DNA of 64,000 nt from Sandaracinaceae bacterium (lineage in GTDB: Bacteria; Myxococcota_A; Polyangia; Polyangiales; Sandaracinaceae): the NCBI GenBank assembly GCA_044220955.1, contig JBGAQA010000006.1, positions 67,909 to 131,908 on the forward strand, written 5' to 3'. A program made the translations under genes and the position numbers. The stretch's first letter is position 1, and every line of letters starts with the position of its first letter. Below, one piece after another: positions 50,463 to 60,700 of the stretch. The notes below the pieces were generated by a model, which did no database searches, was not told the origin of the DNA, and worked only from the letters and a program-made list of their open reading frames with translations.

Positions 50463-52517
50463 GTGGCACCCGAGGACACAGCGGAGCTGCGGAGAGAGAG
50501 CGCGCCCGCCGGGGGGGAGGAGCCGCGACCGCGGGAGAGCCTTCCCGAGCTGGTCGATCTCGTCTGTCCGGCGTGCGGTCGCGTGAGCGGCCTCGACGTG
50601 CGCTTCTGTGCGCAGTGTGGGTTCCGCTTCAAGCCCGGGGACGACGACGCGGAGGCGCCGCGCGAGGCACGTGACCAGGCCGATCCCCTGATCGGCCGCA
50701 CGGTCGCGGACCGCTACCAGATCGTCGAGCTCATCGGTCGCGGCGGCATGGGCGTCGTGTACCGGGTCGAGCACACGCGCATCGCCAAGGCGATGGCCAT
50801 GAAGCTGCTCCACGGCGAGCTCGCCCGCGACAAGGAGGTGGTGCGCCGCTTCCGGCGCGAGGCCGAGGCGGTCAGCAAGCTCGACCACCACAACACCGTG
50901 CAGGTCTTCGACTTCGGACGCGCCGAGGGGATGACCTACCTGGTGATGGAGCTGCTCCCGGGCCGCGACCTCGGGGCCATCCTGACGCAGGAGGGGACGA
51001 TCTCGTTCGCCCGCATGGCGCACATCGCGGTGCAGATCTGCGCGTCGGTCCAGCAGGCGCACGACCGCGGGATCGTGCACCGGGACCTCAAGCCGGAGAA
51101 CGTCCGGATCCTGAGCCGTCGGGAGGACTCCGACTTCGTGAAGGTCCTCGACTTCGGGCTCGCGAAGCTCCGCGACAACGAAGAGACGGCGCGCGCGAGC
51201 ATCACGCGCGAGGGGTTCCTCGTCGGTACACCTTATTACATGGCTCCGGAGCACATCCGCGGAGAGCCCGTCGATGCACGCTCCGACGTCTACGCGCTCG
51301 GCGCGCTGATGTACAAGGCGTGTACCGGCGTGCCGCCGTTCTGGGCGACGACGCCGGTGGCGGTGCTGACCAAGCACCTCAACGATCCCGTCGTCCCGCC
51401 GACCAAGCGCTCGCAGCGCCACGATCTTCCGAGCGTCGCGGACGAGATCCTGCTCAAGACGCTCGCCAAGAAGCCGGCCGATCGCTACCAGAGCATGAAC
51501 GAGCTGCGCGCCGCGCTCGCCGACTACCTCTCCGGCATCGGCGTCGACGTGGACTCGGGGCGCCTGCGCGAGCCGACGTCCGACGCGCGCCTCTCGCGTG
51601 GGTCCGAGAGGATGGCGGTCGCGACGCGCGGCGACGTCGACCGCTACGAGCGGCGCCTGCGCCTCGCGGCATACGCGCAGGGGCTCGTGGTGCTCCTCTT
51701 GATCGCAGCGGGGGTCGCAGGCGGTGTGTGGCTCTTCGACCAGGGCGCGCCGCACATCGGTCGGGTCGGCGAGACCGAGCCGAACGACGCGCCCGAGCAG
51801 GCCAGCCGCCTCGTTCGGGAGGAGCCCTACAGCGCCTACCTCGGGCGTCGGATGGACGCCACGCACGGAGACCAGGACGTGTACGAGCTCGACGCGTCGG
51901 ACGGCGCGCGCGTCGTCACGATCGACGTGGGCGCTCCGCCGAACATCGACGTCGAGATCGACCTCTTCCGGCACGATCGATCGGACGCGATCCTCCACGT
52001 CGACGTGGCGCCGGTCGGCCACGCCGAGCACGTCGCGAACTTCCCGCTCGACGCCACGCGCTATTTCTTGCGCGTGCGCGAGCGAGAAGAGGGAGTGGTC
52101 TTCCCGACCGAGAACGTGTCGGACCCGTACACGGTCCGCTGGAGCGCACACCTGCCCGAGCAGGGGGAAGAGAGCGAGCTGAACGACGACGTCGCCCGCG
52201 GCGACGACGTGTCCGTCGGCGACACGCGGCCGGCGTTCATCGGGTGGAACGACGACCGCGACGTCTTCTGCCTCAGCGAGGACGCGCCGGGCGTCGTCTT
52301 CGAGGCGCAGGGCTCGGGCCTCGACCTGGTGCTCACCGTGCGCGAGCCGGCCACCGGACGCGAGCACGTGCACAACGATCCGGGACCGGGCGTGGCGGAG
52401 CGCTGGACCTCCGAGGGCCCCGCGCCGGCGCGGACGTGCGCGACGGTGAGCGAGGCGGCCGGGCCGGGGCGCGCGAGCTCCGACGGCGCGTACACGCTGA
52501 CGGTCCGCGCGCCGTGA
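50463..52517 (+). CDS. zinc-ribbon Ser/Thr protein kinase with TM and extracellular ETEPND/PPC-like domains
   Basis: CPACG..RFCAQCG; IGRGGMGVVY, HRDLKPEN, DFG, GTPYYMAPE; TM; ETEPND..DQDVY and ESELND..DRDVF. Confidence 0.9.
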   Translation: MAPEDTAELRRESAPAGGEEPRPRESLPELVDLVCPACGRVSGLDVRFCAQCGFRFKPGDDDAEAPREARDQADPLIGRTVADRYQIVELIGRGGMGVVYRVEHTRIAKAMAMKLLHGELARDKEVVRRFRREAEAVSKLDHHNTVQVFDFGRAEGMTYLVMELLPGRDLGAILTQEGTISFARMAHIAVQICASVQQAHDRGIVHRDLKPENVRILSRREDSDFVKVLDFGLAKLRDNEETARASITREGFLVGTPYYMAPEHIRGEPVDARSDVYALGALMYKACTGVPPFWATTPVAVLTKHLNDPVVPPTKRSQRHDLPSVADEILLKTLAKKPADRYQSMNELRAALADYLSGIGVDVDSGRLREPTSDARLSRGSERMAVATRGDVDRYERRLRLAAYAQGLVVLLLIAAGVAGGVWLFDQGAPHIGRVGETEPNDAPEQASRLVREEPYSAYLGRRMDATHGDQDVYELDASDGARVVTIDVGAPPNIDVEIDLFRHDRSDAILHVDVAPVGHAEHVANFPLDATRYFLRVREREEGVVFPTENVSDPYTVRWSAHLPEQGEESELNDDVARGDDVSVGDTRPAFIGWNDDRDVFCLSEDAPGVVFEAQGSGLDLVLTVREPATGREHVHNDPGPGVAERWTSEGPAPARTCATVSEAAGPGRASSDGAYTLTVRAP

Positions 52518-53677
52518 CCTCTCGCCGGCTGACGCTCGTCCTGGTCGGGATCGTGGCCAGCGCGAGCGTCGCGCGAGGCGAAGAGGCGGTCCCCGGCCGG
52601 ACCCTCGCGCTCGATCACGGCTTCGGTGCGGGGATCGCGAGCGCGATGTCCGGTGGCTCGGCGCGCGACGGACGCCTCGCGTTCGGTCTGCCGCGCCAGC
52701 CGCCCGCGCAGCGCGCGTTCGTCGAGATGCCAGGCCAGCGACCTCGCGGGCCGGTCGTGGACGCCGACGGGCGCGTCTTCGTCGGGACGGTGGGCGGCGT
52801 CGCGATCGTCGAGCCCGACGGGAGCGAGCGGCGCGAGGTGGCGGTGGGCGTCCTCGATTGCGCCCCGGTGCTGGTGCCGGGCGGCGACGTGATCGCGCTC
52901 TCGCGGGACGGTGCGCTCGCGCGGCTCGCGCCGGACGGACTCGCTCGCCGGCGCGCCTCGACGGGGCTCGCGGTGCGCTTCGGTCCCCTGGTCGAGCCGG
53001 ACGGGAGCCTCGTGACGGCGGTGGCGAGCCGCCAGCTCGTGCTCCTCGGCTCGGACCTCGAGGTGCGCGCGACCCGCGAGCTGCCCGACGGTCCGGCGCT
53101 CTCGCCCGCGCGCACCGCGAGGGGCCGCTACGCCGTCGCCGCGGGCAGCGAGCTCGTCGTCCTCGATCCCGAGGGGCTCGCGATCGTGCGGTCCATCGTC
53201 CTGCCGGGGCGCGCCGCGACGCCGCCGGCCGCGTCCGCGGACGGCTCGATCTGGATCGCGACGGTCGACGGTGTGCTCGTGCGCGTCCGCGCAGAGGCGC
53301 GCGTCGCGGGCACGAGCGCGCTCGGCGGCCGGCTTCCCGAGGCGGCGAGCTCGGACCGGGCCATGCTGGGCGTCGCCCCGGACGGCGACGTCCTCGCGGT
53401 GGTCCCGGCGCGGGGCCTGGTTCGGGTCGCCCCTGACGGCAGCGAGCGCTGGACGTGGGCGAGCGACACGCCCCTCGTCGGCGCGATCTCGGTCGACCCG
53501 GACGGTCGCGCGGCGGTCGTCGATCGCCTCGGGCACCTCTCGGTGATCTCGGCGAGCGGAGAGCGCGAGTGGTCGCTCGCGCTCGAGGGGATGCCGCTCG
53601 GGCCGGCGATCGTGACGGGGCAGGGCAGGGTGGTGGTCGCGACGGAGAGAGGCGTCGTGATCCTGGGGCCCGACTGA
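52514..53677 (+). CDS. PQQ-like beta-propeller protein
   Basis: GTGA overlap; signal peptide; repeats PVVDADGRVFVG, PDGSERW, SGEREWS. Confidence 0.75.
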   Translation: MTSRRLTLVLVGIVASASVARGEEAVPGRTLALDHGFGAGIASAMSGGSARDGRLAFGLPRQPPAQRAFVEMPGQRPRGPVVDADGRVFVGTVGGVAIVEPDGSERREVAVGVLDCAPVLVPGGDVIALSRDGALARLAPDGLARRRASTGLAVRFGPLVEPDGSLVTAVASRQLVLLGSDLEVRATRELPDGPALSPARTARGRYAVAAGSELVVLDPEGLAIVRSIVLPGRAATPPAASADGSIWIATVDGVLVRVRAEARVAGTSALGGRLPEAASSDRAMLGVAPDGDVLAVVPARGLVRVAPDGSERWTWASDTPLVGAISVDPDGRAAVVDRLGHLSVISASGEREWSLALEGMPLGPAIVTGQGRVVVATERGVVILGPD

Positions 53678-53687
53678 GGGGCGAGCC

Positions 53688-54041
53688 TCAGCGTGCGAAG
53701 CGTCGCTTCTTGGCCTCGTCGAGCGGCAGCTCGCCGAGCTCGCCGAGCTCGCGCAGGAAGCGGAACGTGTAGATCCCCGTCGAGTGCCCGTCGCCGAAGA
53801 CCAGGCGCACCGCGTAGTTGCCGACCTCCTCGACGTCGAGAATCGGCAGGTCCGCGTCGGTCACCGCCTGCGCCCATCCCACCGGGCCCTGGTGGCCCTG
53901 GCAGTGCGCGCACGGACAGAAGCCGCGCAAGAGCGCGTGCCGGTAGCGGCTCGTCGCGCCGTCCGACCACGTCAGCTCCAGCACCGTCGCGCCCCGTGGC
54001 GCGCGCATCTCGACCGGCTCGATGCCCTCCGTCTCGCTCAT
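53688..54041 (-). CDS. DUF971 family protein
   Basis: LTWSDG, LRGFCPCAHC, VGNYAV...FGDGHSTGIYTF.FLR. Confidence 0.88.
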   Translation of the reverse strand: MSETEGIEPVEMRAPRGATVLELTWSDGATSRYRHALLRGFCPCAHCQGHQGPVGWAQAVTDADLPILDVEEVGNYAVRLVFGDGHSTGIYTFRFLRELGELGELPLDEAKKRRFAR

Positions 54042-54781
54042 GAGGTCGTCCTCGCTCTGCTCGATCGGACGTGGCGCGAGACGAACGCGTCGATCGCATC
54101 TCGCGCCGCGCCCACGTCCGTGCTCGTCCACGTGGCGGCGCTCTCAGCCCAGGCTGCCTTGGTCGCCTCCGACATGAGGCCGCGCGGGCGCGCGCGCAAG
54201 AGCACGGGCCCGCCGCCGCAGGCGCGGCACACGATCGCCCCGGCGCCGCCGTCGAAGAGGGCCGAGCGCGTCGGGTCGGGAACGCGCCCGCAGCGCGCAC
54301 AGGCGTCGAGCCGCGGCGCGAGCCCGAGCAGCGTCAGGTATCGAAGCTCGAACGCCGCCCGCAGCGCGCCGGCGTGCGCCGCGTCCGCGGCCAGCCGCTC
54401 GAAGAGGTGCTCGACCGTCGCGAGCAGGCGTGGGTCGCTCTCGCGCGGCGGGGTCGCGTCACGCACGAGCTCGAGCGCGCGCCCGGCCTCGCGCATCGCG
54501 GGCAGGCTCCCGAGCAGCGTGGGGAACCCGCGCACGAGGCGCGCGCTCGCGAGGCGCCCGACCTCTCCCCGCCCGAGCGCGAGCTCGGCGTCGATCACGC
54601 CGAAGGGCTCGAGCGCCCCTGCGAAGCGCCGCTGGCTCTTGCGCGCGCTGCGAGCCATGAGCGCGACGAGCCCGGTGTGCTCGGTGAGGAGCGTGACGAT
54701 GCGGTCGGCTTCCCCGTAGTCGACGCTCCGCACGAGCACGGCGCGCGATCGGGTCGTCCGCCGCGCGCTCGGCGCGCTCAA
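54038..54781 (-). CDS. recO: DNA repair protein RecO
   Basis: AVLVRSVDYGEADRIVTLLT..G....ARSARKSQRRF.GALEPF; C4 zinc finger CARC..CRAC; TTG start overlapping the upstream stop. Confidence 0.93.
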   Translation of the reverse strand: MSAPSARRTTRSRAVLVRSVDYGEADRIVTLLTEHTGLVALMARSARKSQRRFAGALEPFGVIDAELALGRGEVGRLASARLVRGFPTLLGSLPAMREAGRALELVRDATPPRESDPRLLATVEHLFERLAADAAHAGALRAAFELRYLTLLGLAPRLDACARCGRVPDPTRSALFDGGAGAIVCRACGGGPVLLRARPRGLMSEATKAAWAESAATWTSTDVGAARDAIDAFVSRHVRSSRARTTS

Positions 54782-55218
54782 GCGATGACGAGGCCCGCCG
54801 TCCGTACGCGCGAGAGCTGCACGGGCGTCTCGCGGTGCCGCGGGCGCAGGGCGATCGAGAGCGCCAGGGTGAACAGGATCAGGATGATCACCAGCGCGAT
54901 CGCGAGGCCGAAGCGGCGTCCGCGCTCGGGGCCCGCGATGCCCGCGATGGGGGCCGCGCTCGGCTCGGCCGGCGGCAGGGCGCTCGCGCGGCTCTGGTGC
55001 TCGTAGCGGCGGAGCACCTCGTCGGCGGTCACGCCGATCGCCTTCGCGTACGACTTCAGGAAGCCCCGCACGAACACGTCTCCGGGCAGCCGCTCGAGGC
55101 GGTCGTCCTCGATGCTCGTCAGGTGACGCAGCGGGATGCGGGTCGTCTGCGCCAGCTCTTCCAGCGAGATCTGTCGCACTTCGCGCTCGGTCTTGAGGTA
55201 ACGCCCGATCGATTCCAT
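54778..55218 (-). CDS. RodZ-like HTH protein with TM (no periplasmic domain)
   Basis: GGAG RBS; IGRYLKTERE..ISLEELAQTTRIP..L..IEDD...LPGDVFVRGFLKSYAK; C-terminal TM. Confidence 0.85.
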   Translation of the reverse strand: MESIGRYLKTEREVRQISLEELAQTTRIPLRHLTSIEDDRLERLPGDVFVRGFLKSYAKAIGVTADEVLRRYEHQSRASALPPAEPSAAPIAGIAGPERGRRFGLAIALVIILILFTLALSIALRPRHRETPVQLSRVRTAGLVIA

Positions 55219-55247
55219 CGCAGTCTCCGGAAAACGTGCTCCCCGCG

Positions 55248-56129
55248 CTAGTGCACGGCTCGCAGCTCCTTCGTTCGAGCCGATCCCTTGGGGGAGTCGG
55301 CAAGCAAGCTCTGGCACTGCTGTCCCGCGGTGGTCTCCTGGTTCAGCTCGACGCACCGCTCGAAGTCCGCCACGGCGTCGTCGCGCCGGCCGAGGCGCGC
55401 CCGGGCCTCGCCCCGTAGCAGCCACGCGTCCTGGAGCGCCTGGCACTCCTCGGCGGTGTTCTCGAGGGCGTGCGTCAGGGCGTCCTCGGCGTGGGCGAAG
55501 CCATCGGTGTCCGTCCCCGCCTCGCCCATCGCGTAGTCGACCTGGCCCATCCGGTACCAGCCGTTGCAGAACTGCGGCTGGAGGGCGACCGCCTGCTGAA
55601 GGGCCGCGAGCGCCTGCGGATAGTCGTGCTGCTCGTAGTACGCCCAGCCGAGGTTGCCCCAGGCGAGGTGCGGCGTCCGGTACATCAGGTCGCTCGTCGC
55701 CGCCCGGAGCGTCTCGACCGCCAGCGGGAGCCGGTCCGACTGGATGTACACGACGCCCAGGCTGTTCTGCGCCTCGCCGACCAGCGCTGGCCGCCCGGCG
55801 GTGCCGAGCCGGGTGTTGGCGGCCACCGCCTCGTGGAGGTGCTCCTCCGCGTGGGCGTAGTCCTCGCGGAACAGGTAGAGGTTGCCGAGCAGCAGGTGCG
55901 CCTCGGCATTGTCGGGGTCGAGGTGGATGGCCTCGTCGAGGTGCTGGAACGCCGCACCGAAGTTGTGCTCCTCGATCAGGCCGACGGCGAGGTTGAACTC
56001 GGCCTCCGAGCGGTGGATGGCCTGCTCGTCCGGCCCACCAGCGCACCCCATGGCCAGCGCGCCCATGGCGAGGCACGCGCCACAGACGTGGCTCCAGGCG
56101 AACGAGGGGCGGGAGAGCGGTCGAACCAT
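55248..56129 (-). CDS. tgl: TPR lipoprotein, Tgl/PilF-like type IV pilus pilotin
   Basis: LAMGC lipobox; TPRs; EAQNSLG, DLMYRTPHLAWGNLGWAY, PQFC; directly upstream of a RodZ-like gene, as pilF commonly is. Confidence 0.7.
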   Translation of the reverse strand: MVRPLSRPSFAWSHVCGACLAMGALAMGCAGGPDEQAIHRSEAEFNLAVGLIEEHNFGAAFQHLDEAIHLDPDNAEAHLLLGNLYLFREDYAHAEEHLHEAVAANTRLGTAGRPALVGEAQNSLGVVYIQSDRLPLAVETLRAATSDLMYRTPHLAWGNLGWAYYEQHDYPQALAALQQAVALQPQFCNGWYRMGQVDYAMGEAGTDTDGFAHAEDALTHALENTAEECQALQDAWLLRGEARARLGRRDDAVADFERCVELNQETTAGQQCQSLLADSPKGSARTKELRAVH

Positions 56130-56141
56130 CGCGAGCGGCCA

Positions 56142-56170
56142 GATCTACCGGCGACCGTCCAGGGGGTCAA
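56142..56170 (-). promoter_or_regulatory. possible sigma70 promoter for the tgl-like operon
   Basis: TTGACC, 17 nt, TAGATC, 12 nt before the ATG. Confidence 0.4.
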
Positions 56171-56326
56171 CCGATTCCGCGTGGGCGCCCGGAGAGCAGA
56201 AATCGATCCAACCCTGCGAACTCACGAACGATTCGGATCGCGTGATCCGCCGACGCGCACGGGGATCGATCACGAAACTCCCTGAAAAATGGGCACTGTC
56301 GGCGGGCCGTCAGGCTCGCTGCGGCC

Positions 56327-56992
56327 TCAGGGGAACCCGCCTCGGACGTCCTCCTTCATCCCGAGGAGCTGGTAGAGCTGACGCAGCGCGTCGAGATCGG
56401 GCACCACCACCTTCTCGTCCACGATCCGCAGGTAGCCGCCGTCGCGGAGCTGCTGCACGGCTCGCTTCACCGCGTCCACGTCGAGGCCGACCCGGGCCGA
56501 GAGCTCGAGCGGCGAGATGGAGAAGACGTGTCCCTCGGGCGTGGTGTCGGCTGCGGAGGCCAGGCGCAGCAGGGTGTTCACCACGCGCGACGGCTGGTCG
56601 CGCAGCATGGCGTTCTCCAGCTGCTCCTCGGCGTTCCGCAGCCGGCGGACGAGCTGCTCGACGAGGCGTGTGGCGACCTCGGTGTTGCCCGAGAGCAGGA
56701 CGCCGAAGGTCTTCTTGTCGAGGGCGAGCACCTGCGCTTGCGTCAGCGCCACCGCCGAGGCCGAGCGCGCCGTCTTGACCAGGAGCGCGTCCTCGCCGAA
56801 GAGGTCGCCGGGCTTGAGCACCGTCAGGCTCCGCTCCGCGCCGCGGATGCGCTTCACCAGCCGGACGCGGCCCTCCTGGAGCAGGTAGCAGTGCTCCGCG
56901 GGCGTCCCCTCTTCGTAGACGACGTCGCCGGGAGCGTACGACTTGCCGAAGCGCTCGAAGAGGCGCTGCTTCTCCGCTTGCCCGAGCTCCAT
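56327..56992 (-). CDS. Crp/Fnr-family transcriptional regulator
   Basis: cNMP domain (EEGTPAEHCYLLQEGRV, FGEDALL..RSASA), C-helix LVRRLR, C-terminal winged HTH. Confidence 0.9.
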   Translation of the reverse strand: MELGQAEKQRLFERFGKSYAPGDVVYEEGTPAEHCYLLQEGRVRLVKRIRGAERSLTVLKPGDLFGEDALLVKTARSASAVALTQAQVLALDKKTFGVLLSGNTEVATRLVEQLVRRLRNAEEQLENAMLRDQPSRVVNTLLRLASAADTTPEGHVFSISPLELSARVGLDVDAVKRAVQQLRDGGYLRIVDEKVVVPDLDALRQLYQLLGMKEDVRGGFP

Positions 56993-57163
56993 CGCGCGAC
57001 GGTCGTACCGCGATCGGCCTGGCGGTGTCGAGGGGCAGCGCGCGAGCCGCGGGCCTCCTGCTTCACGAAGGTCTCGGAGCTCCCACGAATCGGACGAGGG
57101 ACCGCGATTTCCATGCGCCGAGAGAAGGGTCCACAATGGGGTGTCTCTCTTCACGGGGGTCCC

Positions 57164-58060
57164 ATGCGTCGCAGTGCCCTGGCGGGGATCGTGGTGGGAG
57201 CCATCGCGCTCGCGGCGTGCACCAATCGGTGTCCGCGCGGCGAGACGTTGACGTCGTACACCGAGACGACCTGCGACGATCGGACGCGGCAGTGCGTCGA
57301 GACCACCTACGAGCAGTGCGCCTGCGACCCTCACGTGGCGCGCTGCCCGTCCATCGACGCCGCGCCGGTCCGGTGCCGGCCGGCTCTGTCCGGCACGGGC
57401 GCGTGGGAGGCGCAGGCGGCGAGCGACGTCCCGCACGTCGTCGATGGTCGGTTCAGCGGCGGCGAGTGGGACGACGCGACGAGGCTCGAGGGTCTCTTCA
57501 CCGACGTCTACATGGACTACCAGGGCGGGCGCCTCTACTTCCTGAACGACTGGCGCGCGAACCAGCAGGGGATCCGCGACGACTGCTCCAACTACTTCCA
57601 GGTCCGCATCGGCGCGGACTGGATCGATCTGCGCGTGTTCGGGGACGGCCGGGTCGAGGTCCGCCGTGACGAGGTGCCGGTCCCGATCCGCGCGGAGGGT
57701 GCGTACGCGTTCGCACCGAGCCCCGATTATCCGCAGCCGCACACGATCTACGAGTTCTCGCTCGTGGTGGACGTGCCCGACGTCGTGATCTGCTGCCTCG
57801 ATCCTCTGCTCGAGGCGAGCTGCCAGCAGCTCACGGAGGAGCCGATGGCCGTCTCGCTCCGCGTGAGCGGCGGCGCGACGCAGGTGCGCCGTCAGATCGT
57901 GGCGGGCTCGGTCTCGCGCCTCGGCGCCGACGCCGCCTGCGGATCGCAGCAGGGGATCTGCGCGGACGGCCTCGCCTGCGACGACGCGCGCCACGTGTGC
58001 GCCGTGCCGACGCGGCCGCGGATCGACGGTGGCGACGTCGACGCCAGCCCTCCGTTCTGA
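57164..58060 (+). CDS. Cys-rich lipoprotein with CBM9/DOMON-like domain
   Basis: LAAC lipobox; VVDGRFSGGEWDDA, LYFLNDW, HTIYEFS. Confidence 0.6.
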   Translation: MRRSALAGIVVGAIALAACTNRCPRGETLTSYTETTCDDRTRQCVETTYEQCACDPHVARCPSIDAAPVRCRPALSGTGAWEAQAASDVPHVVDGRFSGGEWDDATRLEGLFTDVYMDYQGGRLYFLNDWRANQQGIRDDCSNYFQVRIGADWIDLRVFGDGRVEVRRDEVPVPIRAEGAYAFAPSPDYPQPHTIYEFSLVVDVPDVVICCLDPLLEASCQQLTEEPMAVSLRVSGGATQVRRQIVAGSVSRLGADAACGSQQGICADGLACDDARHVCAVPTRPRIDGGDVDASPPF

Positions 58061-58164
58061 GCCCCTACGCGTCGTGTCCGTCCACGCCCGCGCAGGTGGA
58101 AGACGCCCACGTCGTTTCCCTCCGCCGTCGGCGGCGGGCCCGCGCAGAGGTAGACTCGCCGGCG

Positions 58165-59787
58165 GTGAGCGAGGAGGGCAACGCCGTCGGAGCGCTGATC
58201 GGGACCACGATCGGCGAGAAGTATCGCGTCGTGCGCCTGCTCGGCGAGGGCGGCATGGGCGCCGTCTACGAGGGCGAGCACACGCTGATCAAGCGCCGCG
58301 TGGCCATCAAGGTGCTCAAGGGCGAGCTCGCGTCGAACGTCGACGTCATCACGCGCTTCCACCGCGAGGCGATGGCCGCGACGCAGATCGGGAACGAGCA
58401 CATCGTCGAGGTCACCGACATGGGCCGGCTGCCCGACGGCGGTCCGTTCATGGTGCTCGAGTACCTCGAGGGACAGGATCTCGCGCACGCGATCGAGACC
58501 GAGGGCCCGCTCTCCATCTCTCGCGTGGCGCGCATCGTGCGGCAGATGTGCGAAGGGCTTGCCGCCGCGCACGACAAGGGGATCGTGCACCGTGATCTGA
58601 AGCCGGAGAACGTGTTCCTCGTCGCGCGCGGTGGCGACAAGGACTTCGTGAAGATCCTCGACTTCGGCATCTCGAAGATCCTCGACGCCGAGGACGCCGA
58701 TCGAAAGAGCGGCACGCGGACCGGGACGGTGCTCGGCACCGGCTTCTACATGGCGCCCGAGCAGGCGATGGGAAAGAAGGAGCTCGATCACCGCGCGGAC
58801 GTGTGGGCGCTCGGGGTGATCCTGTTCCGCGCGCTGAGCGGGCAGTATCCGTTCGACGCCGACACGTACGCGGGCCTGCTCGTGAAGGTCGTGACCGACG
58901 CGCCGCGCGAGCTCCGCGAGGTCCGCCCGGGTCTGCCGGAGGAGGTCTACGCGATCGTGGCGCGCTGCCTCTCCAAGACCCCGGACCAGCGCTACCCGGA
59001 CTGCCGCGCGCTGGCGCGGGCGCTCGCGCCGCTCGAGCAAGCGGTGAGCGTCGATGCGATGGCCGCGACGGCGATCGGCGGACCGGCGGTCACCCCGGTG
59101 CTTGCACGCACCGACGCAGCGCCTCCGACGCGAGCGGTCGAGGCCGAGGTGAGCCCGTCCGTGCCGCCCCGACGCGCGCGGGCGATCGTGGCGCTGAGCG
59201 TCGCGGGCGCGCTCGGCGTCGCGGGGCTCGTCTTCGCGCTCGCGGGGGGAGGCGCCCCGCCCTCCTCGTCGGTCGCGCCCGTGCCGCAGGGCGCGGCGAC
59301 GCCCCTCGCGTCGCACGACGCGTGGACGCCGCCCGCGGTGGACGCCTCGACGCCGGTGCTCGGTCGCGCGACGGTGCGCGTGCGCCTCGCGAGCGTCCCG
59401 GCCGGAGCCAGCATGACCCTCGACGGGGCGCCGCTGCCGAACCCGTTCGACGACGAGCTGCCGCGCGGCGCCGACATGCACGTGCTCGAGACGAGCGCCG
59501 CGGGCTACCGCACGGACCGTCGCGACCTCTCGCTGCTCTTCTCGCAGGACGTCACCGTGACGCTCGTGGCGGGTCGCGGGACGAGCGACTCGCGCGCGCC
59601 GCACGCGACGGGCACGCGCGTCCCACCCGCCAGCGAGACGACGACCCCGGGCCAGACGATCGCGCCGCCTCCGAGCGCTCCGCCGCCGTCGTCGGCCGTC
59701 CAGGCGCCGCCCCCGACCGAGGTCCCCGAGGGCGTGGTGGTCCCGCCGGAGTCGCGCGTGCTCAAGCACCTCGGCGCGCACCACTGA
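58165..59787 (+). CDS. Ser/Thr protein kinase with TM and PEGA-like domain
   Basis: LGEGGMGAVY, VAIK, HRDLKPEN, DFG, YMAPE; TM; SVPAGASMTLDG..SAAGY. Confidence 0.92.
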   Translation: MSEEGNAVGALIGTTIGEKYRVVRLLGEGGMGAVYEGEHTLIKRRVAIKVLKGELASNVDVITRFHREAMAATQIGNEHIVEVTDMGRLPDGGPFMVLEYLEGQDLAHAIETEGPLSISRVARIVRQMCEGLAAAHDKGIVHRDLKPENVFLVARGGDKDFVKILDFGISKILDAEDADRKSGTRTGTVLGTGFYMAPEQAMGKKELDHRADVWALGVILFRALSGQYPFDADTYAGLLVKVVTDAPRELREVRPGLPEEVYAIVARCLSKTPDQRYPDCRALARALAPLEQAVSVDAMAATAIGGPAVTPVLARTDAAPPTRAVEAEVSPSVPPRRARAIVALSVAGALGVAGLVFALAGGGAPPSSSVAPVPQGAATPLASHDAWTPPAVDASTPVLGRATVRVRLASVPAGASMTLDGAPLPNPFDDELPRGADMHVLETSAAGYRTDRRDLSLLFSQDVTVTLVAGRGTSDSRAPHATGTRVPPASETTTPGQTIAPPPSAPPPSSAVQAPPPTEVPEGVVVPPESRVLKHLGAHH

Positions 59788-59788
59788 G

Positions 59789-60700
59789 TCAGAACGTCCC
59801 TGCGATCGACACGAGCCCCGGCCCCGGCACGATGCGCGCGCTCGGCTCGCGCGGCGCCGAGGGGTGCCCGTCCCAGTCCGTCAGGAACGCGAGCGCGAGC
59901 GACGCGATGCCCAGCGTCCCGCCGGCGATCCAGAGCGCATCGGCGACGAGCGCGGTGTCGGCGATCGTTCGCTGATCGGCGAGCGAGCGCTCCGTCGCCG
60001 GCCGCGCCACCTCGCGGTCGTGCATCACGAGCGCCGCGATGCCCGCGCCCGCGGCGGCCAGCAGCACGGCGCCGGTCGCCGACGTCGTGATCGCGAACAC
60101 GACCGGGTCCATCCCCTCGAAGCTCGACACCTCGGCGAGCTCGATGCGCAGGTCGACGTGTCCGCGCGCGGCGATGGTGATCTGCTGCGCGCTGGTCGCG
60201 TGCCCGGTCGCGCGCAGCTCGACCGTGTGCGGGCCGCCCGGGATGCGGACGTCGCCCGGCGCCGTGCCGACCTCGCGGCCGTCGACCCACACCGTGGCGC
60301 TCGCGACGTTCACCGTGATCGTGATCGTGCCGAGCAGGCCCTCGAGCGCGCGGATGGACGCCTGCACGTCGGCGGCGCCCTCCGCGGACGCGCCGCCCTC
60401 CGCGAGGTAGCGCTGGTAGGCGCGGATCGCCTCGTCGTAGCGGAAGAGGCGCTCGTGGCACTGCCCGACGTTGAAGAGCAAGAGGTAGCGCTCGGGATCC
60501 GAGGGCAGCTCGTCGTACGCCTCCTCGAACTCCGCGAGCGCGGCGTCGTAGTTGCCGGCCTCGAAGAGCACCTCGCCCTGGGCGAGGCGGACGTCCACGG
60601 CCGAGGGCGCCCCCGTGTCCGTCGACGGCTCCTGTGCGCTCGCCCGCGCGGCGATCGAGAGCGCGAGCACGCTCGCGAGGATGGCGAGGTGCGCGCGCAT
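59789..60700 (-). CDS. TPR + PEGA domain membrane protein
   Basis: signal peptide; G..LFEAGNYDAALAEFEEAY, LFNVGQCHE; PEGA ATVWVDGREVGTAP..GPHTVELRATGH; two TMs. Confidence 0.88.
   Translation of the reverse strand: MRAHLAILASVLALSIAARASAQEPSTDTGAPSAVDVRLAQGEVLFEAGNYDAALAEFEEAYDELPSDPERYLLLFNVGQCHERLFRYDEAIRAYQRYLAEGGASAEGAADVQASIRALEGLLGTITITVNVASATVWVDGREVGTAPGDVRIPGGPHTVELRATGHATSAQQITIAARGHVDLRIELAEVSSFEGMDPVVFAITTSATGAVLLAAAGAGIAALVMHDREVARPATERSLADQRTIADTALVADALWIAGGTLGIASLALAFLTDWDGHPSAPREPSARIVPGPGLVSIAGTF

Noticed and set aside
56171..56326. GATC-rich spacer with a CGTGATC/GATCACG inverted pair as a Crp site
   Set aside because: The spacing (~20 nt) does not fit TGTGA-N6-TCACA and there is no second instance to support it.
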